Source: Crenarchaeota archaeon 13_1_40CM_3_52_17
GTDB taxonomy: Archaea; Thermoproteota; Bathyarchaeia; 40CM-2-53-6
Direction of reading: 5' to 3'
Assembly (NCBI GenBank): GCA_001918745.1
Contig: MNGN01000031.1
Location: forward strand, 33,651-97,650
DNA length: 64,000 nt
Part shown: positions 49,909 to 59,987 of the stretch, piece by piece
How the letters are laid out: every line of letters begins with the position of its first letter
Position numbering within the stretch: position 1 is the stretch's first letter
Translations under genes and position numbers: made by a program
Notes under the pieces: model-generated
The model's database searches: none
The model's input: the letters and a program-made list of their open reading frames with translations, nothing else
Told to the model about the DNA's origin: nothing

Positions 49909-49990
49909 ATGTCCAAACAACGCTTATCTCAACGGACCGGGTTATCTTGTTTGAAACGCGTTCGAGCGGCTCGAAGCGATCGATGAGAAT

Positions 49991-51067
49991 TTGAACGTAC
50001 TCGACGAACGGTTAAATGACGCACCGAAAATCCGGGAAGACCAGCCTGGACTACGGAACGTTATGAATCGTGTCGATGCCGAAATCACCGTCGAAGTAGA
50101 TGGACTTAGACGGGAGTTCGATAGCAAGGAGGGCAAGGTCACTGCTCTCGACGGCGTGAATCTGCAAGTCCGAAAGGGCGAGATCTTCGGCGTTCTTGGC
50201 CCTAACGGGGCTGGAAAAACGACTATGATCAGGATACTTTCCACGCTTCTTCTACCAACTTCCGGAAAGGCAGGCGTGATGGGATTCGACGTCGAGAAAG
50301 AGCCGGAGAAAATCCGGGCCGTAATCAACATGGCCAGTGGCGCGGAAAGAGCAGGTTACGATTTCATCAGCGCCCGTGGAAACCTCTGGTTCTTCTCGCA
50401 GCTTTACGGAATACCCTCCGAAGAAGCGCACAAACGAATCAATGAATTGTCAGACATGCTCGGACTACAGAACTATCTGGACAGGAAATTCTACGCGCTC
50501 TCCACGGGGTACAAGCAACGAGTAACATTGGTAAGAGCATTCATCAACGATCCCAAGGTCGTGTTTCTTGATGAGCCAACAATTGGTCTCGATGTGATGA
50601 CCGCGTTGAGCATACGCGAGTATATCCTGAAACAGGCAAAAGAGCACGGCAGGACAATTCTAATTGCAACTCACAACATGGCCGAAGTTGATGCGATCTG
50701 CAACCGTGTTGCCATAATTGACAAAGGCAAGATCCTCGCTTGCGATACTCCTGCGGCGCTGAAAAGGTCCTTAGGAGCGCCGTCACTCGTCTTGGAGGTC
50801 TCACCGGTTCCGGCTCCCGCAAGCCTTGAACCACTTGGGAAGCTTGACGGGGTCAAGGGCTACACATCGTCGGTCGATGAGGAAAGAGGGTTATCGCGAA
50901 TTCAAGTTGTAGTGGACAGCGACGGATCCGCCCAATCCGTGATTGACTCAGTTCGAAAGTCAGGAATGACCGTCGTGTCAAACTGGAGACAACAGGCAAC
51001 GCTAGAGGAGGTATTCGTCGCGTTAGTGGGGCGAGGGTTTAGGGAGAGAGAACATGAAGCTGCATAG
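49991..51067 (+). CDS. ABC-2 exporter ATP-binding protein (start uncertain)
   Basis: GPNGAGKTT, LSTGYKQR, LDEPTIGLD, TLEEVF. Confidence 0.92.
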   Translation: MNVLDERLNDAPKIREDQPGLRNVMNRVDAEITVEVDGLRREFDSKEGKVTALDGVNLQVRKGEIFGVLGPNGAGKTTMIRILSTLLLPTSGKAGVMGFDVEKEPEKIRAVINMASGAERAGYDFISARGNLWFFSQLYGIPSEEAHKRINELSDMLGLQNYLDRKFYALSTGYKQRVTLVRAFINDPKVVFLDEPTIGLDVMTALSIREYILKQAKEHGRTILIATHNMAEVDAICNRVAIIDKGKILACDTPAALKRSLGAPSLVLEVSPVPAPASLEPLGKLDGVKGYTSSVDEERGLSRIQVVVDSDGSAQSVIDSVRKSGMTVVSNWRQQATLEEVFVALVGRGFREREHEAA

Positions 51068-51875
51068 TAATCCGTGGCTCAGAACCGCATATGCCAGATT
51101 GTGGGTCAGGGCGAAAAGCATCTACGGAGAACCGCTCTGGGTGGCCGTTAATGTCGGATTCCCATTCTTTACTTCCTTCTCCTTTACGATGGTTTACAGA
51201 GCTTACGGGCTTGGAGCCTACGCCGGATTTGCTATCCTCGGCGGAGTCATGATTTCGTTCTGGGGTAACGTTCTATGGTCAATGGCAAGCCAGTTCAACT
51301 GGGACAAGCAGGTTGGACTATTCGAGATCTACATCAGTTCTCCTGCGCCTATCACGGCGATACTGGTCGGGATGTCTCTCGGCGGGATCTTAGGCACGGC
51401 GCCATCCGCAGCAATGGTGGCTATTCTAGGATGGGTTATTTTCGCTCCACCAATCCATCCTTTCTGGCCAGCGGTCGTCCTTGTCTTCTCTCTCACCCTA
51501 GCATCTCTGTACGCAATGGGAATGGCCCTATCTTCCCTCTACTTGGCATATGGTAGGGAGGCCGACTCAGTAAATGAGGCTCTTCACGAGCCCGTGTCTC
51601 TAATCTCCGGGGTCTACTTTCCCTCGGTTGGAGGAATCTCGCCCTTTCCGTTCGCAGTACAAGCTGCGGCGTCATTAGTTCCTCTTACAATCGGAATGGA
51701 CGCCCTGCGACAAAGCCTTGGATTTCCGATCAAGGTGGCATTCATCCCACTCTACATCGAAGCCCTCATTCTGGCCCTAATGGCCCTCATCCTCCTTCTC
51801 GCATCTTCCAGAGCTCTCCGATTCCTTGAAAACAAGGGACGAAGGACAGGTTCAATCGCTGTGAGACAAAGATGA
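51054..51875 (+). CDS. ABC-2 type permease
   Basis: About six TM helices, SGVYFP, PLT...DALR. Confidence 0.85.
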   Translation: MKLHSNPWLRTAYARLWVRAKSIYGEPLWVAVNVGFPFFTSFSFTMVYRAYGLGAYAGFAILGGVMISFWGNVLWSMASQFNWDKQVGLFEIYISSPAPITAILVGMSLGGILGTAPSAAMVAILGWVIFAPPIHPFWPAVVLVFSLTLASLYAMGMALSSLYLAYGREADSVNEALHEPVSLISGVYFPSVGGISPFPFAVQAAASLVPLTIGMDALRQSLGFPIKVAFIPLYIEALILALMALILLLASSRALRFLENKGRRTGSIAVRQR

Positions 51876-52714
51876 GCGTCCTCAGAAGCATTGTGGCTTC
51901 CGTACGGGTTGGATGGTACCGGGAGTTCAACTGGACGAATCCGTTGTTAGGATTCTCAATGAGGACAGTCGGTCCACTTGCTGGGGTGATCGCTGCCTCA
52001 AGCGTGTATTTCGTCGGGTCGTCTGCTGCCAGAAGTTTTAGCCCGAGTCAGCTCGCCTTCATTCTCATCGGTGCCGCATTATACACGCACGTTGCCGCAT
52101 ATTCTTGGGTCCCAACACTGGCCATAGCTGAGGGTAAATGGACCTACGTTTTCCCCCAAGTCTTTATCTCTCCACACTCATCGCTGCCTTACCTGACCGG
52201 TAGGACGCTTGCCTCGTTCTTCTCTTCAACCCTGACCGTCATCGTATCTCTGGTATTGTCTTTCTTCATCCTCTCGTCAGTATTCAACACCAGCATTCCT
52301 TTCACTGTAACCCCCCTATCTGTCACTCTGTTGTTCTTCGCGATGCTAGTGAACATCCTTGCCGCCTTTGGGCTGGGATTACTGCTTAGCGCATACGCTT
52401 TATTCGCGACAAAGTTCGAATGGGCTCTTCCCACCTACGTTGCCGGACTCCTGATGGTGTTCTCGGAAGCTCTCTTTCCTGTGTCTTTCCTACCACACCC
52501 TGTGTCAGACGTAGCAAACGTGCTGCCATTTACAGAATTCATGCGAGCCTCAAGGCAGGCAATGATCCAAGGAGGCGACGTGTACTCTTACTTCTCCTAC
52601 ATCGGACTTGCGACTCTTGGAGGAGTCATCCTGCTAGCAATGGGCTTCCTCGCATTCAGATACGCTGAGAACCGGGCACGAAGGCTCGGCGTCATCGACA
52701 AGAAAACAGCCTGA
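51872..52714 (+). CDS. ABC-2 type permease
   Basis: About six TM helices, FPVSFLP, LPFT....R. Confidence 0.85.
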   Translation: MSVLRSIVASVRVGWYREFNWTNPLLGFSMRTVGPLAGVIAASSVYFVGSSAARSFSPSQLAFILIGAALYTHVAAYSWVPTLAIAEGKWTYVFPQVFISPHSSLPYLTGRTLASFFSSTLTVIVSLVLSFFILSSVFNTSIPFTVTPLSVTLLFFAMLVNILAAFGLGLLLSAYALFATKFEWALPTYVAGLLMVFSEALFPVSFLPHPVSDVANVLPFTEFMRASRQAMIQGGDVYSYFSYIGLATLGGVILLAMGFLAFRYAENRARRLGVIDKKTA

Positions 52715-52723
52715 AGCCGAGTG

Positions 52724-53497
52724 CTAATCCAAGCCTAGTACTTTGGTTGTTGCCTCGAAGGCATCTTTCCATCCGCCAGCCTTGTAGTCTCTAAGACACC
52801 TCAGAAGCTCGTGTCTATCGACGGGGCCTAACACTCTGAGCATTTTCCTGGCGATACTGCCCCCGAGAAAAAGGTACTGCGCAAGGGAGGTGAAATTGCT
52901 GGGTCGTCGCATCACGCTAGCGCTTTCGAAATCGAGAATCCGAGCCCAATTGTCATTTGACACAATGACATTCTTGTGAGCCCGACTGAGCTCTCCGTGA
53001 TCGAGCCCATAAGCATCCATTCTCAGGCACTGTTCCAGTAAAGGTTTCACCATACCCCGGACCCGAGCTCTTCGCCCCCTGCCCTTGAGGCTCTCTAACC
53101 ATAAGGGAAGCGACAAGCCCTCTATCAGTTCCATCGCCAATACGTCAGGGGTACCGCCCAAGCATTCAGGCCCAACACTAAGCGAATTTGCGGACTTCAG
53201 AAGTTCGGCCTCGTGAATCAGGTTCGGGCGTCGCGCATCAACCCGTCGAATCTTGACAGCGATTCGTCGATCGTCCCTGACTCCTGTGATCACAATTCCA
53301 ACGACTCCTTTACCAAGGACTGACAAGCGATCAGTTTTCAGGCGGCCCTGAAAATCCAGCGCAGTTATTCCTAGTTTGCTCAACTGGCGTACTCTGGACT
53401 CGACTTCATCAAGGTCACCACTTGGATATGCTAGGAGACGATTGTAGGGCGGATTTGCTAGGGATGATAGCGGTGCTAGTGATGGGTTTTGAGCCAA
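52724..53497 (-). CDS. Atypical Ser/Thr protein kinase (RIO-like, COG2112-type)
   Basis: LGKG..GIV, AVKIRR.D, GLDHGELS...KNV, ILDFESAS. Confidence 0.85.
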   Translation of the reverse strand: MAQNPSLAPLSSLANPPYNRLLAYPSGDLDEVESRVRQLSKLGITALDFQGRLKTDRLSVLGKGVVGIVITGVRDDRRIAVKIRRVDARRPNLIHEAELLKSANSLSVGPECLGGTPDVLAMELIEGLSLPLWLESLKGRGRRARVRGMVKPLLEQCLRMDAYGLDHGELSRAHKNVIVSNDNWARILDFESASVMRRPSNFTSLAQYLFLGGSIARKMLRVLGPVDRHELLRCLRDYKAGGWKDAFEATTKVLGLD

Positions 53498-54897
53498 GCT
53501 GGCTTCGCCGCCAAGAACTCTGATAACCCCTGGTCAAAACCTTCTCGTCCAAGCAACGAGAGAATTTTCCTGTTCTCCAAGACTTTAACGTTCTTCCGGA
53601 AGGAGCTGTTCAATTGGTCAGGGACGGTCAAACCCACCCTCGAATCCTTGAGGGCCGTAGTGATAAGATGATTGACTGAGAGGATTCTTCGTTTCTTGTC
53701 AACCACCCATCGATCGGCCTCTATCCACGGACCGCGCACGGTATCTTTTGCGTCTAAGTGTCGATCGAGGAATCCCTGGCTGTCGTCCATCTTCGAAACG
53801 GGTGGACCCTCGCGCAGTTGAGCATCGGGTAGGGTCAAAGTGTCTAACTCGACAAGAATTGCACTTGATCGGGCCTCGTCGCTCCAGACGGTCGACCGTA
53901 GGGGATGGAAGTCCTCTCGACTCATTAGCTCTGTTATGGATTTCTCGATCTTCAATAGCTGGCCCCAAAGAACATCAGGCACTATCCGGGGATGGTCGAA
54001 AGATACGGCAACTATATCCCTGTTTTGATGCTCCAAGAGTTTGGAAAACTGTGCCTTGGTTCTCGGTTTGTATTTCATGGGGAAGAAGTACCATACCCCG
54101 GGACTCTTCTGGAGTTCTCTTGAAGCAGCTACGAATCCCCACAGCTTATCCTCTCTAACGGCAGCAGCCAAGTTTCGATTCGGATCTACAGGATCGATTA
54201 CGACCAGTGGAGAGCCGAACTCCCGGGCTCTAGAATCTTGACTGCCAGCGGGCTTTTCGATATCTAGAAAGATAACGGGCTTCCACTTCGAAGCTTGTAT
54301 GAGTGTCTCCAGAAATGATCGGTAGTGTAGGATCAGGGTTTCGACGAGCATTCCGCTGAAGCCGCCGACCCTTATCTCGGCGCCGTATGATCGGATGCCT
54401 TTTATGAACCGTTTTAGGAGCCGCGCCTCAAATACCATTTCTTGCGTTAGGTGTTTTGTCATGTAGTCGGTATGGTAGGGTGTCCTGTCGGTCGCGCTCT
54501 TCCACTGGCCTCGTTCCACGGAGTAGCAAGGGACCACATTTACTCGGACACCTTCGATGTGGAATTCCAGATAGGGATGCTCAGCATACCGATCGATAGT
54601 CTTGGCACGGATCCCCTTCCGAATTTCAGGGAGGACCTTCTCCGTCCACTCCTGCCTATCCATTGTGGGAGGAAAACTTGCAAAGATATCCAAGTCGGCC
54701 TCGCCGCTCAACCAAGTGTCCCGCGCGAAAGACCCTTGAATCGAGACGTTGCCTCCGTATCCAGCCTTGTCAAGTATGTTCTGAACTTGGCCCCTCAGTC
54801 TCTCAGCCAGCTGAGACATTCGTTCCCTTTCAGCCACGCCGGGAACAATCTTCTCCGAAACCTGGTCCAAGACAGCTTGAATGGAGGTCAGCATCAA
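53476..54897 (-). CDS. cca: CCA-adding tRNA nucleotidyltransferase (class I)
   Basis: GSFARDTWL...DLDIF, YAEHPY, SATDRTPYHT, YGAE....GFSG, DPVD..RN. Confidence 0.96.
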   Translation of the reverse strand: MMLTSIQAVLDQVSEKIVPGVAERERMSQLAERLRGQVQNILDKAGYGGNVSIQGSFARDTWLSGEADLDIFASFPPTMDRQEWTEKVLPEIRKGIRAKTIDRYAEHPYLEFHIEGVRVNVVPCYSVERGQWKSATDRTPYHTDYMTKHLTQEMVFEARLLKRFIKGIRSYGAEIRVGGFSGMLVETLILHYRSFLETLIQASKWKPVIFLDIEKPAGSQDSRAREFGSPLVVIDPVDPNRNLAAAVREDKLWGFVAASRELQKSPGVWYFFPMKYKPRTKAQFSKLLEHQNRDIVAVSFDHPRIVPDVLWGQLLKIEKSITELMSREDFHPLRSTVWSDEARSSAILVELDTLTLPDAQLREGPPVSKMDDSQGFLDRHLDAKDTVRGPWIEADRWVVDKKRRILSVNHLITTALKDSRVGLTVPDQLNSSFRKNVKVLENRKILSLLGREGFDQGLSEFLAAKPAWLKTHH

Positions 54898-54944
54898 CCA
54901 ACTCCACGTGGCAAGTTAGTATTTGAAACTGGACCGATTTGCTA

Positions 54945-55535
54945 CTATCGTGGCTGCGAAGGAATTTCCAGTAAGGTCGAGTATTTCGGGCCGGAACTCG
55001 AAAGGATGCTCTGTTTGAGCTGGACTTTGTCCACGGTAATCGTGCCGAAACTCTCGTCGCTTAGGTGCTGAAGAAAATTGGCTATCTCGTCTCTCTTTCT
55101 GATTGACCGGACCCGGGCTATGGTGATATGGGGACTGAAGGGACGGTTCTCTCTCTTGAAGCCGAGAGTATACAGTAGCTTCTCGACTTGCTCGTAGATT
55201 TGCTCAACTTGACTCCACCCCTCGTTCACTCCGACCCAGATTACGTTCATATGCTTGAGATTTGGGAAAGCGCCCGCGCCCTTGATCTCCGCTGAAAACG
55301 AGGGAAATGTGAGCTGCTTGAGGGAGGACTGGACCTCGGCCAGTCGAGGCGTGGATACGTTTCCTAGAAATTTCAACGTGAGATGGATATTCTCTCCCTC
55401 GACAGGTTTCAAATCCCCTCCTAGTGCCTGCAACGAAGACATGATTGATACTATGCGGGATAGAACCTGCTGATCTTCAAGGTCTATCGAAACGAAGCTT
55501 CGGACTTGGGCCTCTGACAAATGCTTGTCACGCAC
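54945..55535 (-). CDS. thpR: RNA 2',3'-cyclic phosphodiesterase (2H family)
   Basis: HLTLKFLG and PHITIAR; GP.Y. Confidence 0.93.
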   Translation of the reverse strand: MRDKHLSEAQVRSFVSIDLEDQQVLSRIVSIMSSLQALGGDLKPVEGENIHLTLKFLGNVSTPRLAEVQSSLKQLTFPSFSAEIKGAGAFPNLKHMNVIWVGVNEGWSQVEQIYEQVEKLLYTLGFKRENRPFSPHITIARVRSIRKRDEIANFLQHLSDESFGTITVDKVQLKQSILSSSGPKYSTLLEIPSQPR

Positions 55536-55591
55536 ACTCTGGTCCGTTTAAGAGCTATAACACTCTCTTACCCAAGTGCGCACGGACTCGC

Positions 55592-56149
55592 ATGGCCAAA
55601 GCCAAGTCGAAGACAGTCATTGTAATCGTCGGAATGCCCGGGGCTGGCAAAAGCCTAGCCTCTAGCGTTGCCGCGAACCGTCGAATTCCTGTTTTTGTTT
55701 CTGGGGATATCATCAGGGCCGAGGCGAAGCGGCGGAAATTGTCACCCAGCAGAACGAATCTCGGCAGGCTAATGCTGAGGATCAGAGAGGAAGAGGGGAT
55801 GGGTGCTGTTGCTAAGCGGTTGGCTCCGCTCATAGACAAGATCGATGGGAACATTTTCGTTTATGAGGGTGCCAGGAACATCGAGGAGATTGAGGAGCTG
55901 AACAAGAAGTACAGCGTCTCCACCATCGCTATCCACGCCTCCCCGAAAAGCAGGTTCCAGAGACTGCTAAAGAGGGGAAGGTCTGACCGTCCCAGAAACT
56001 GGGCCGACTTTCTGGAGCGCGATGAGAGAGAGCTGAAGGTTGGAGTTGGAAAACTCATCGCCATCGCTGACCGAGTCGTTGAGAACGAAGATACGAGGAA
56101 CGACCTCAAGAGGCGGACAGCACGTCTGCTGAAGACACTCCCGAACTGA
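55592..56149 (+). CDS. UPF0200 P-loop kinase (dephospho-CoA/NMP kinase-like)
   Basis: IVGMPGAGKS, GD.IR, RF.RL..RGR.D, RDEREL..G; ATG at 55592 preferred to track start 55445. Confidence 0.85.
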   Translation: MAKAKSKTVIVIVGMPGAGKSLASSVAANRRIPVFVSGDIIRAEAKRRKLSPSRTNLGRLMLRIREEEGMGAVAKRLAPLIDKIDGNIFVYEGARNIEEIEELNKKYSVSTIAIHASPKSRFQRLLKRGRSDRPRNWADFLERDERELKVGVGKLIAIADRVVENEDTRNDLKRRTARLLKTLPN

Positions 56150-56559
56150 GCTTCCTGGTTCACAGCGAAACGGAAGTTCGGCCGACTGAGGACCCCGAGA
56201 AAGTCAAGAAGGCTGTCACCAACATTCTTCGAGGCGAAGTAGAGGTTCAACGGGTAGACGAGTGGAGTGGGAAGGTGATCATCGAAGGAAAGAATGAGCC
56301 TTCGCTCGAGAGGTTCCGCATGATTCTCCAGCGTGACAGAATTCGCGCGGCGGCGAGATCCGTCCTAAGACGCTCAGTGGAAGGCAATCGAATAGTCTTC
56401 TACCTGAACAAGCAAGCTGCGTACGCGGGCCACATATCGTTCTCTGCGCCGGAAGGCGAATCGCCTCTGGGCCCAATCCATGTAATCGTTGAAACGGAAG
56501 ACCCAGACCGATTAATTGGTTGGCTGGCGGGGCAACGGGAGGAACGAAGAGGAGAGTAG
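56146..56559 (+). CDS. UPF0201/DUF54 RNA-binding protein; probable CTG start
   Basis: Conserved PTEDPEKVKKAV lies upstream of track start 56275; LNKQAAY.G, ESPLGPI; CTGA overlap with the upstream stop. Confidence 0.88.
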   Translation: MSFLVHSETEVRPTEDPEKVKKAVTNILRGEVEVQRVDEWSGKVIIEGKNEPSLERFRMILQRDRIRAAARSVLRRSVEGNRIVFYLNKQAAYAGHISFSAPEGESPLGPIHVIVETEDPDRLIGWLAGQREERRGE

Positions 56560-56583
56560 AATCAGAAGATTGGAATTGACGCT

Positions 56584-57504
56584 CTACCTCGAGCGCTTCA
56601 GCGATAAGACCAGTAGGTCTTTGGGAACCAATGTCGCTTTGAACACGCTTCTCGCTTCTTTGAGGAGGATGGAGTCATCTCGTGTAACCGCGCTTATGTG
56701 AACGAGCGCGAGTTTGCGGACCCGGGCAGCCTTTGCGACCCTAGCGGCTTCTCTGGCGGTTGAATGGAAGTACTCCTTCGCCTTGTCTCGCCTGTCCTCA
56801 GCGAACCCTCCGTCGTGCATGAGAAGATCGGCCCCCTTCGCCAGAGCCTTTACCTCGTCAGAGGGACGAGTGTCGATGGCATAGACGATCTTCAGACCGG
56901 GGCGTGGATCTTCGATAACCTGGTGAGGCGTGACTTGTTTCCCTTCGACGTCGACCTCTTTGCCCATCTGAAGCTGTTTCCACAAGGGTCCCTCAGGGAC
57001 GCCCAATCGCTTTGCCTTTTCAGGGTGAAACCTGCCCGGCCGATCGGTCTCGACAATAGCGTACGCGAGGCATGTTATGTCGTGCGTTGCTTTGGTTGTC
57101 TTGATGTTGTAGCCGTTTCTTGCTACTTCTTGTCCGGGTTTGAGTTCTGTGACGTGTACGGGAAAGTTTGCGGCGAAACCTAGGGTTCGACGGAGGGAGG
57201 ATAGATAACTGGAGATGCCCTCTGGACCAAACAGGTCGAGGGGCTTGTCTCTGATCAATGATGACATGGTTTGGAGGAGGCCAGGTAGTCCAAGAATGTG
57301 ATCTCCGTGCAAGTGGGAGATCATAATCGACATTTGACGGTTGAAACCGAGCCCGGCATGCATCATCTGCCGCTGTGTCCCCTCGCCACAATCAAACAGG
57401 AAGAGTTCGCCTTCTCGGCGCAGGGCTACGGCGGGGAGGCCTCTTTCTTTGGTAGGGAGACTGCCCCCTGTACCCAAGAAAATGACATCGATACCGGAGG
57501 GCAT
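56584..57504 (-). CDS. rnz: Ribonuclease Z
   Basis: FLGT, FDCGEGTQRQ, SHLHGDH, GVPEGP, DTRP, HST, LVHIS. Confidence 0.96.
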   Translation of the reverse strand: MPSGIDVIFLGTGGSLPTKERGLPAVALRREGELFLFDCGEGTQRQMMHAGLGFNRQMSIMISHLHGDHILGLPGLLQTMSSLIRDKPLDLFGPEGISSYLSSLRRTLGFAANFPVHVTELKPGQEVARNGYNIKTTKATHDITCLAYAIVETDRPGRFHPEKAKRLGVPEGPLWKQLQMGKEVDVEGKQVTPHQVIEDPRPGLKIVYAIDTRPSDEVKALAKGADLLMHDGGFAEDRRDKAKEYFHSTAREAARVAKAARVRKLALVHISAVTRDDSILLKEARSVFKATLVPKDLLVLSLKRSR

Positions 57505-58551
57505 CTAGTTTGATCCCAACACCAGAATCTCTCTTGTCAAGCTTCTGTGAACGTATAACTCATGGCGATCGAAAATCTTGAACCCTTGAGACTCGGCTAG
57601 TTCAACGGCTCCGGTTCCCAAGGGAGATGCAAAGACAACCTTCCCCCAGGGAGAGAGAATGATTTTTGCCTGGGGTAAGAAGCGCGCCAGGATATCTTTT
57701 GTTGTCGATTTGAGGGTTGATGCCCCGGTCCCGTAAGGCGGGTCGGTAGCGATGGCATCAACGGTTCGCAGAGGAATGTTCCGGGCGTCGCCTCTGATTA
57801 GGCCGTAGGATTTGAGCCCGAAATGGGCGAGGTTTCTGCGAGCTGATCGGACCATTCGCGAGAGGGCATCGACTCCAACTACATTACAACCGAGAAGACT
57901 TGCCTCTATCGCAATGCCGCCGACCCCGCAGAAGGGGTCGAGAAATGTCTCTCCTTCTTTGACTTCCGACAAGTTCACCAGGCATCGGGCCAGTTTTGGG
58001 GGCATGGTGCTGGGATGGAAGACAGCCCGTTTTCGGGGGCGTCGGCGATGGATGCTCCCCTTCGGGCGCTGGTGCATGATCAGTCCTAGATGGAAAAGCG
58101 ATCCGGCGAGAATTCCCCGAAAGGGCTTTTTGGGGGATTGAAGATCGACTTTAGCGCCGGTCTTCTCTGCGAGTAGTTTTCCTAGATAGCCCTCTAGGTG
58201 GACTCTTGAGAGCTCTTTCGAGACTCCACCGAACCGTAACATTCGTATGCTGAAACTGTCTTGCGAGGAGAGAAATGGTTCGAGGTCAGTGAACTCAACC
58301 TCCCTCTTGATACTGGCTATGTTGTCTTCTGTGTGAAGAACTTCTTCTCCCATTTCGTCAAGATATCCTCCGCGACCGGCAATCGATTCCAACCCGGTGC
58401 GATCCGCTTCCACTTCTACAAGCTTGTAGAAATTACCCACTATCTTGTATTTTATCGCGTAGGCTTGGAGTATGGCTCTTAGTTCTGCGAGCGGCAGGGT
58501 GGGGTGTTCTCCAGATAGAATGAAGAAGAATCTGGCAGAGTTGCCGGCCAT
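57505..58551 (-). CDS. tRNA (guanine-N2)-methyltransferase, Trm11/TrmG10 type
   Basis: SGEHP.LP.AE, FHP..M.PKLARCLVNL, DPFCG.GG, TDPPYG, VHRSLTR. Confidence 0.9.
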   Translation of the reverse strand: MAGNSARFFFILSGEHPTLPLAELRAILQAYAIKYKIVGNFYKLVEVEADRTGLESIAGRGGYLDEMGEEVLHTEDNIASIKREVEFTDLEPFLSSQDSFSIRMLRFGGVSKELSRVHLEGYLGKLLAEKTGAKVDLQSPKKPFRGILAGSLFHLGLIMHQRPKGSIHRRRPRKRAVFHPSTMPPKLARCLVNLSEVKEGETFLDPFCGVGGIAIEASLLGCNVVGVDALSRMVRSARRNLAHFGLKSYGLIRGDARNIPLRTVDAIATDPPYGTGASTLKSTTKDILARFLPQAKIILSPWGKVVFASPLGTGAVELAESQGFKIFDRHELYVHRSLTREILVLGSN

Positions 58552-58624
58552 GTACTAGCGGATTGTCGCGAACATATATACGGAACCTCCGGGCCCGCAA
58601 CTTTCTCCACTGGAGAACTGGCTG

Positions 58625-58921
58625 TTGAGACGTTCCAAAGGCTTCAGAACAAAGACTAGAACACTGATCAGCAGGAAGCCCAGGGACCGCGGCAAGCAGC
58701 CCCTTGGAAGACTCCTTATCGCCTATGCTCCAGGCCAGATGGTCAAAATCATGATCAACCCCGCAGTCCAGAAAGGGATGCCGCACCGCCGGTACCATGG
58801 CCGGGTCGGAACTATCGCGGAGAAGCGTGGCCGCAGCTATGTCGTCGAGGTCGCCGGGACGAAAACCCCTCGTATCATCATCGCCAGACCGGAGCACATA
58901 ACCTCGGTAGAGGCGAGCTGA
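58625..58921 (+). CDS. rpl21e: 50S ribosomal protein L21e
   Basis: SKGFR.KTR, GMPHRRYHGRVG, RPEHI. Confidence 0.97.
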   Translation: MRRSKGFRTKTRTLISRKPRDRGKQPLGRLLIAYAPGQMVKIMINPAVQKGMPHRRYHGRVGTIAEKRGRSYVVEVAGTKTPRIIIARPEHITSVEAS

Positions 58922-58922
58922 A

Positions 58923-59252
58923 ATGGCGAGAAAGATTGTCGAAGGAAAAATCGTAACGAATGCGGAGGCCCAAGAGATCCTGGGAAAGATTAAGGAGGAA
59001 GAGCTGGGAGAGTTCCAGCGCAGGACCCTTGACTATGCGCGGAAATTCTCGAAGATCTCGCCTGATAAGGCTGAGAAGCTCGTCGAGGATTTGTCTTCCA
59101 AACTTCAGCTGGATCGGAATGATGCAATCCAAATCGTGAACTCACTGCCAAAGACAATTGAAGAGCTTAGGGCAGTGTTAACTGTAAAGGGTAGGTTCGT
59201 AAGCACTGACCAACTGAACGGCATTCTGGAAATTATGAAACGGTACGTCTAG
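58923..59252 (+). CDS. rpoF: RNA polymerase subunit Rpo4 (RpoF)
   Basis: QRRTLDYARKFSK, IVN.LPKT.EELR; located after rpl21e. Confidence 0.93.
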   Translation: MARKIVEGKIVTNAEAQEILGKIKEEELGEFQRRTLDYARKFSKISPDKAEKLVEDLSSKLQLDRNDAIQIVNSLPKTIEELRAVLTVKGRFVSTDQLNGILEIMKRYV

Positions 59253-59396
59253 TCGATAGAAGCTTCTGACCGATACCCAATTAAGGAGAAAACGTGTGGT
59301 CCTGAATGACCACGAATGGTTCTCCACCACTTTAACAGCGGCCGACGTGAGTCAACTGTGCTGTTGGAAGAGACATTCTAAGGGAGAAAGGAGAGC

Positions 59397-59987
59397 CTAT
59401 CCTCGGCAATTCACGAAGACGAGTATTTACAGAGAAGACATGTTTACGAAGAGTACGCGTACGTCCTAGACTATCTTCCGTATGGTAGGTCGTCGGAGAA
59501 GTCGAGGCACTTGGCGGTTCCGACTGTCCAGATCATGGGTGAACAGTTCTTCACCTTGCTGGAGGCGGAGCTTAAGATTGGCGCTACTGTGCTGGTTCAC
59601 GAGCGAATCTACATTGGGCGCGAGCGGAGGGAGAAGGTTGACAGAATTCTTACGAGGATCAGCTACGACCAGCTCACGGCGAATGCGAAGGCTGAGATCG
59701 TGCCCTTGATCGCGGAATTGGTCAAAAGTCAAGAGAAAAGGTTTGTAGAATTCTTCAACAATTCGCAGCCTGTTACGCCTCGAATGCATTCGCTTGAGTT
59801 GTTGCCGGGTATTGGCAAGAAGTCGATGTGGCAGATTGTGAACATGAGAGAGAGGAAACCGTTCACCAGCTACAAGGATATCCAGGAACGAACTGGGCTC
59901 AGCGACATTCCGAAGATCGTCTCGAAAAGAATCATGGAAGAGCTGAGCACAGAGTCGAAGTACCGGCTTTTCACAAGGAGTGTATGA
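59397..59987 (+). CDS. DUF655 RNA-binding protein (start codon unresolved)
   Basis: YEEYAYVLDYLPYG upstream of the track start; FTLLE, RMHSLELLPGIGKK, KYRLF. Confidence 0.9.
   Translation, partial: LSSAIHEDEYLQRRHVYEEYAYVLDYLPYGRSSEKSRHLAVPTVQIMGEQFFTLLEAELKIGATVLVHERIYIGRERREKVDRILTRISYDQLTANAKAEIVPLIAELVKSQEKRFVEFFNNSQPVTPRMHSLELLPGIGKKSMWQIVNMRERKPFTSYKDIQERTGLSDIPKIVSKRIMEELSTESKYRLFTRSV

Noticed and set aside
49913..49978. Inverted repeats before the ABC-2 operon (CAAACAA/TTGTTTG; TTCGAGC/GCTCGAA)
   Set aside because: Single occurrences with no second site to support a regulator assignment
59285..59376. H/ACA guide RNA
   Set aside because: No convincing K-turn or K-loop, and the ACA is not at the canonical 14-16 nt distance
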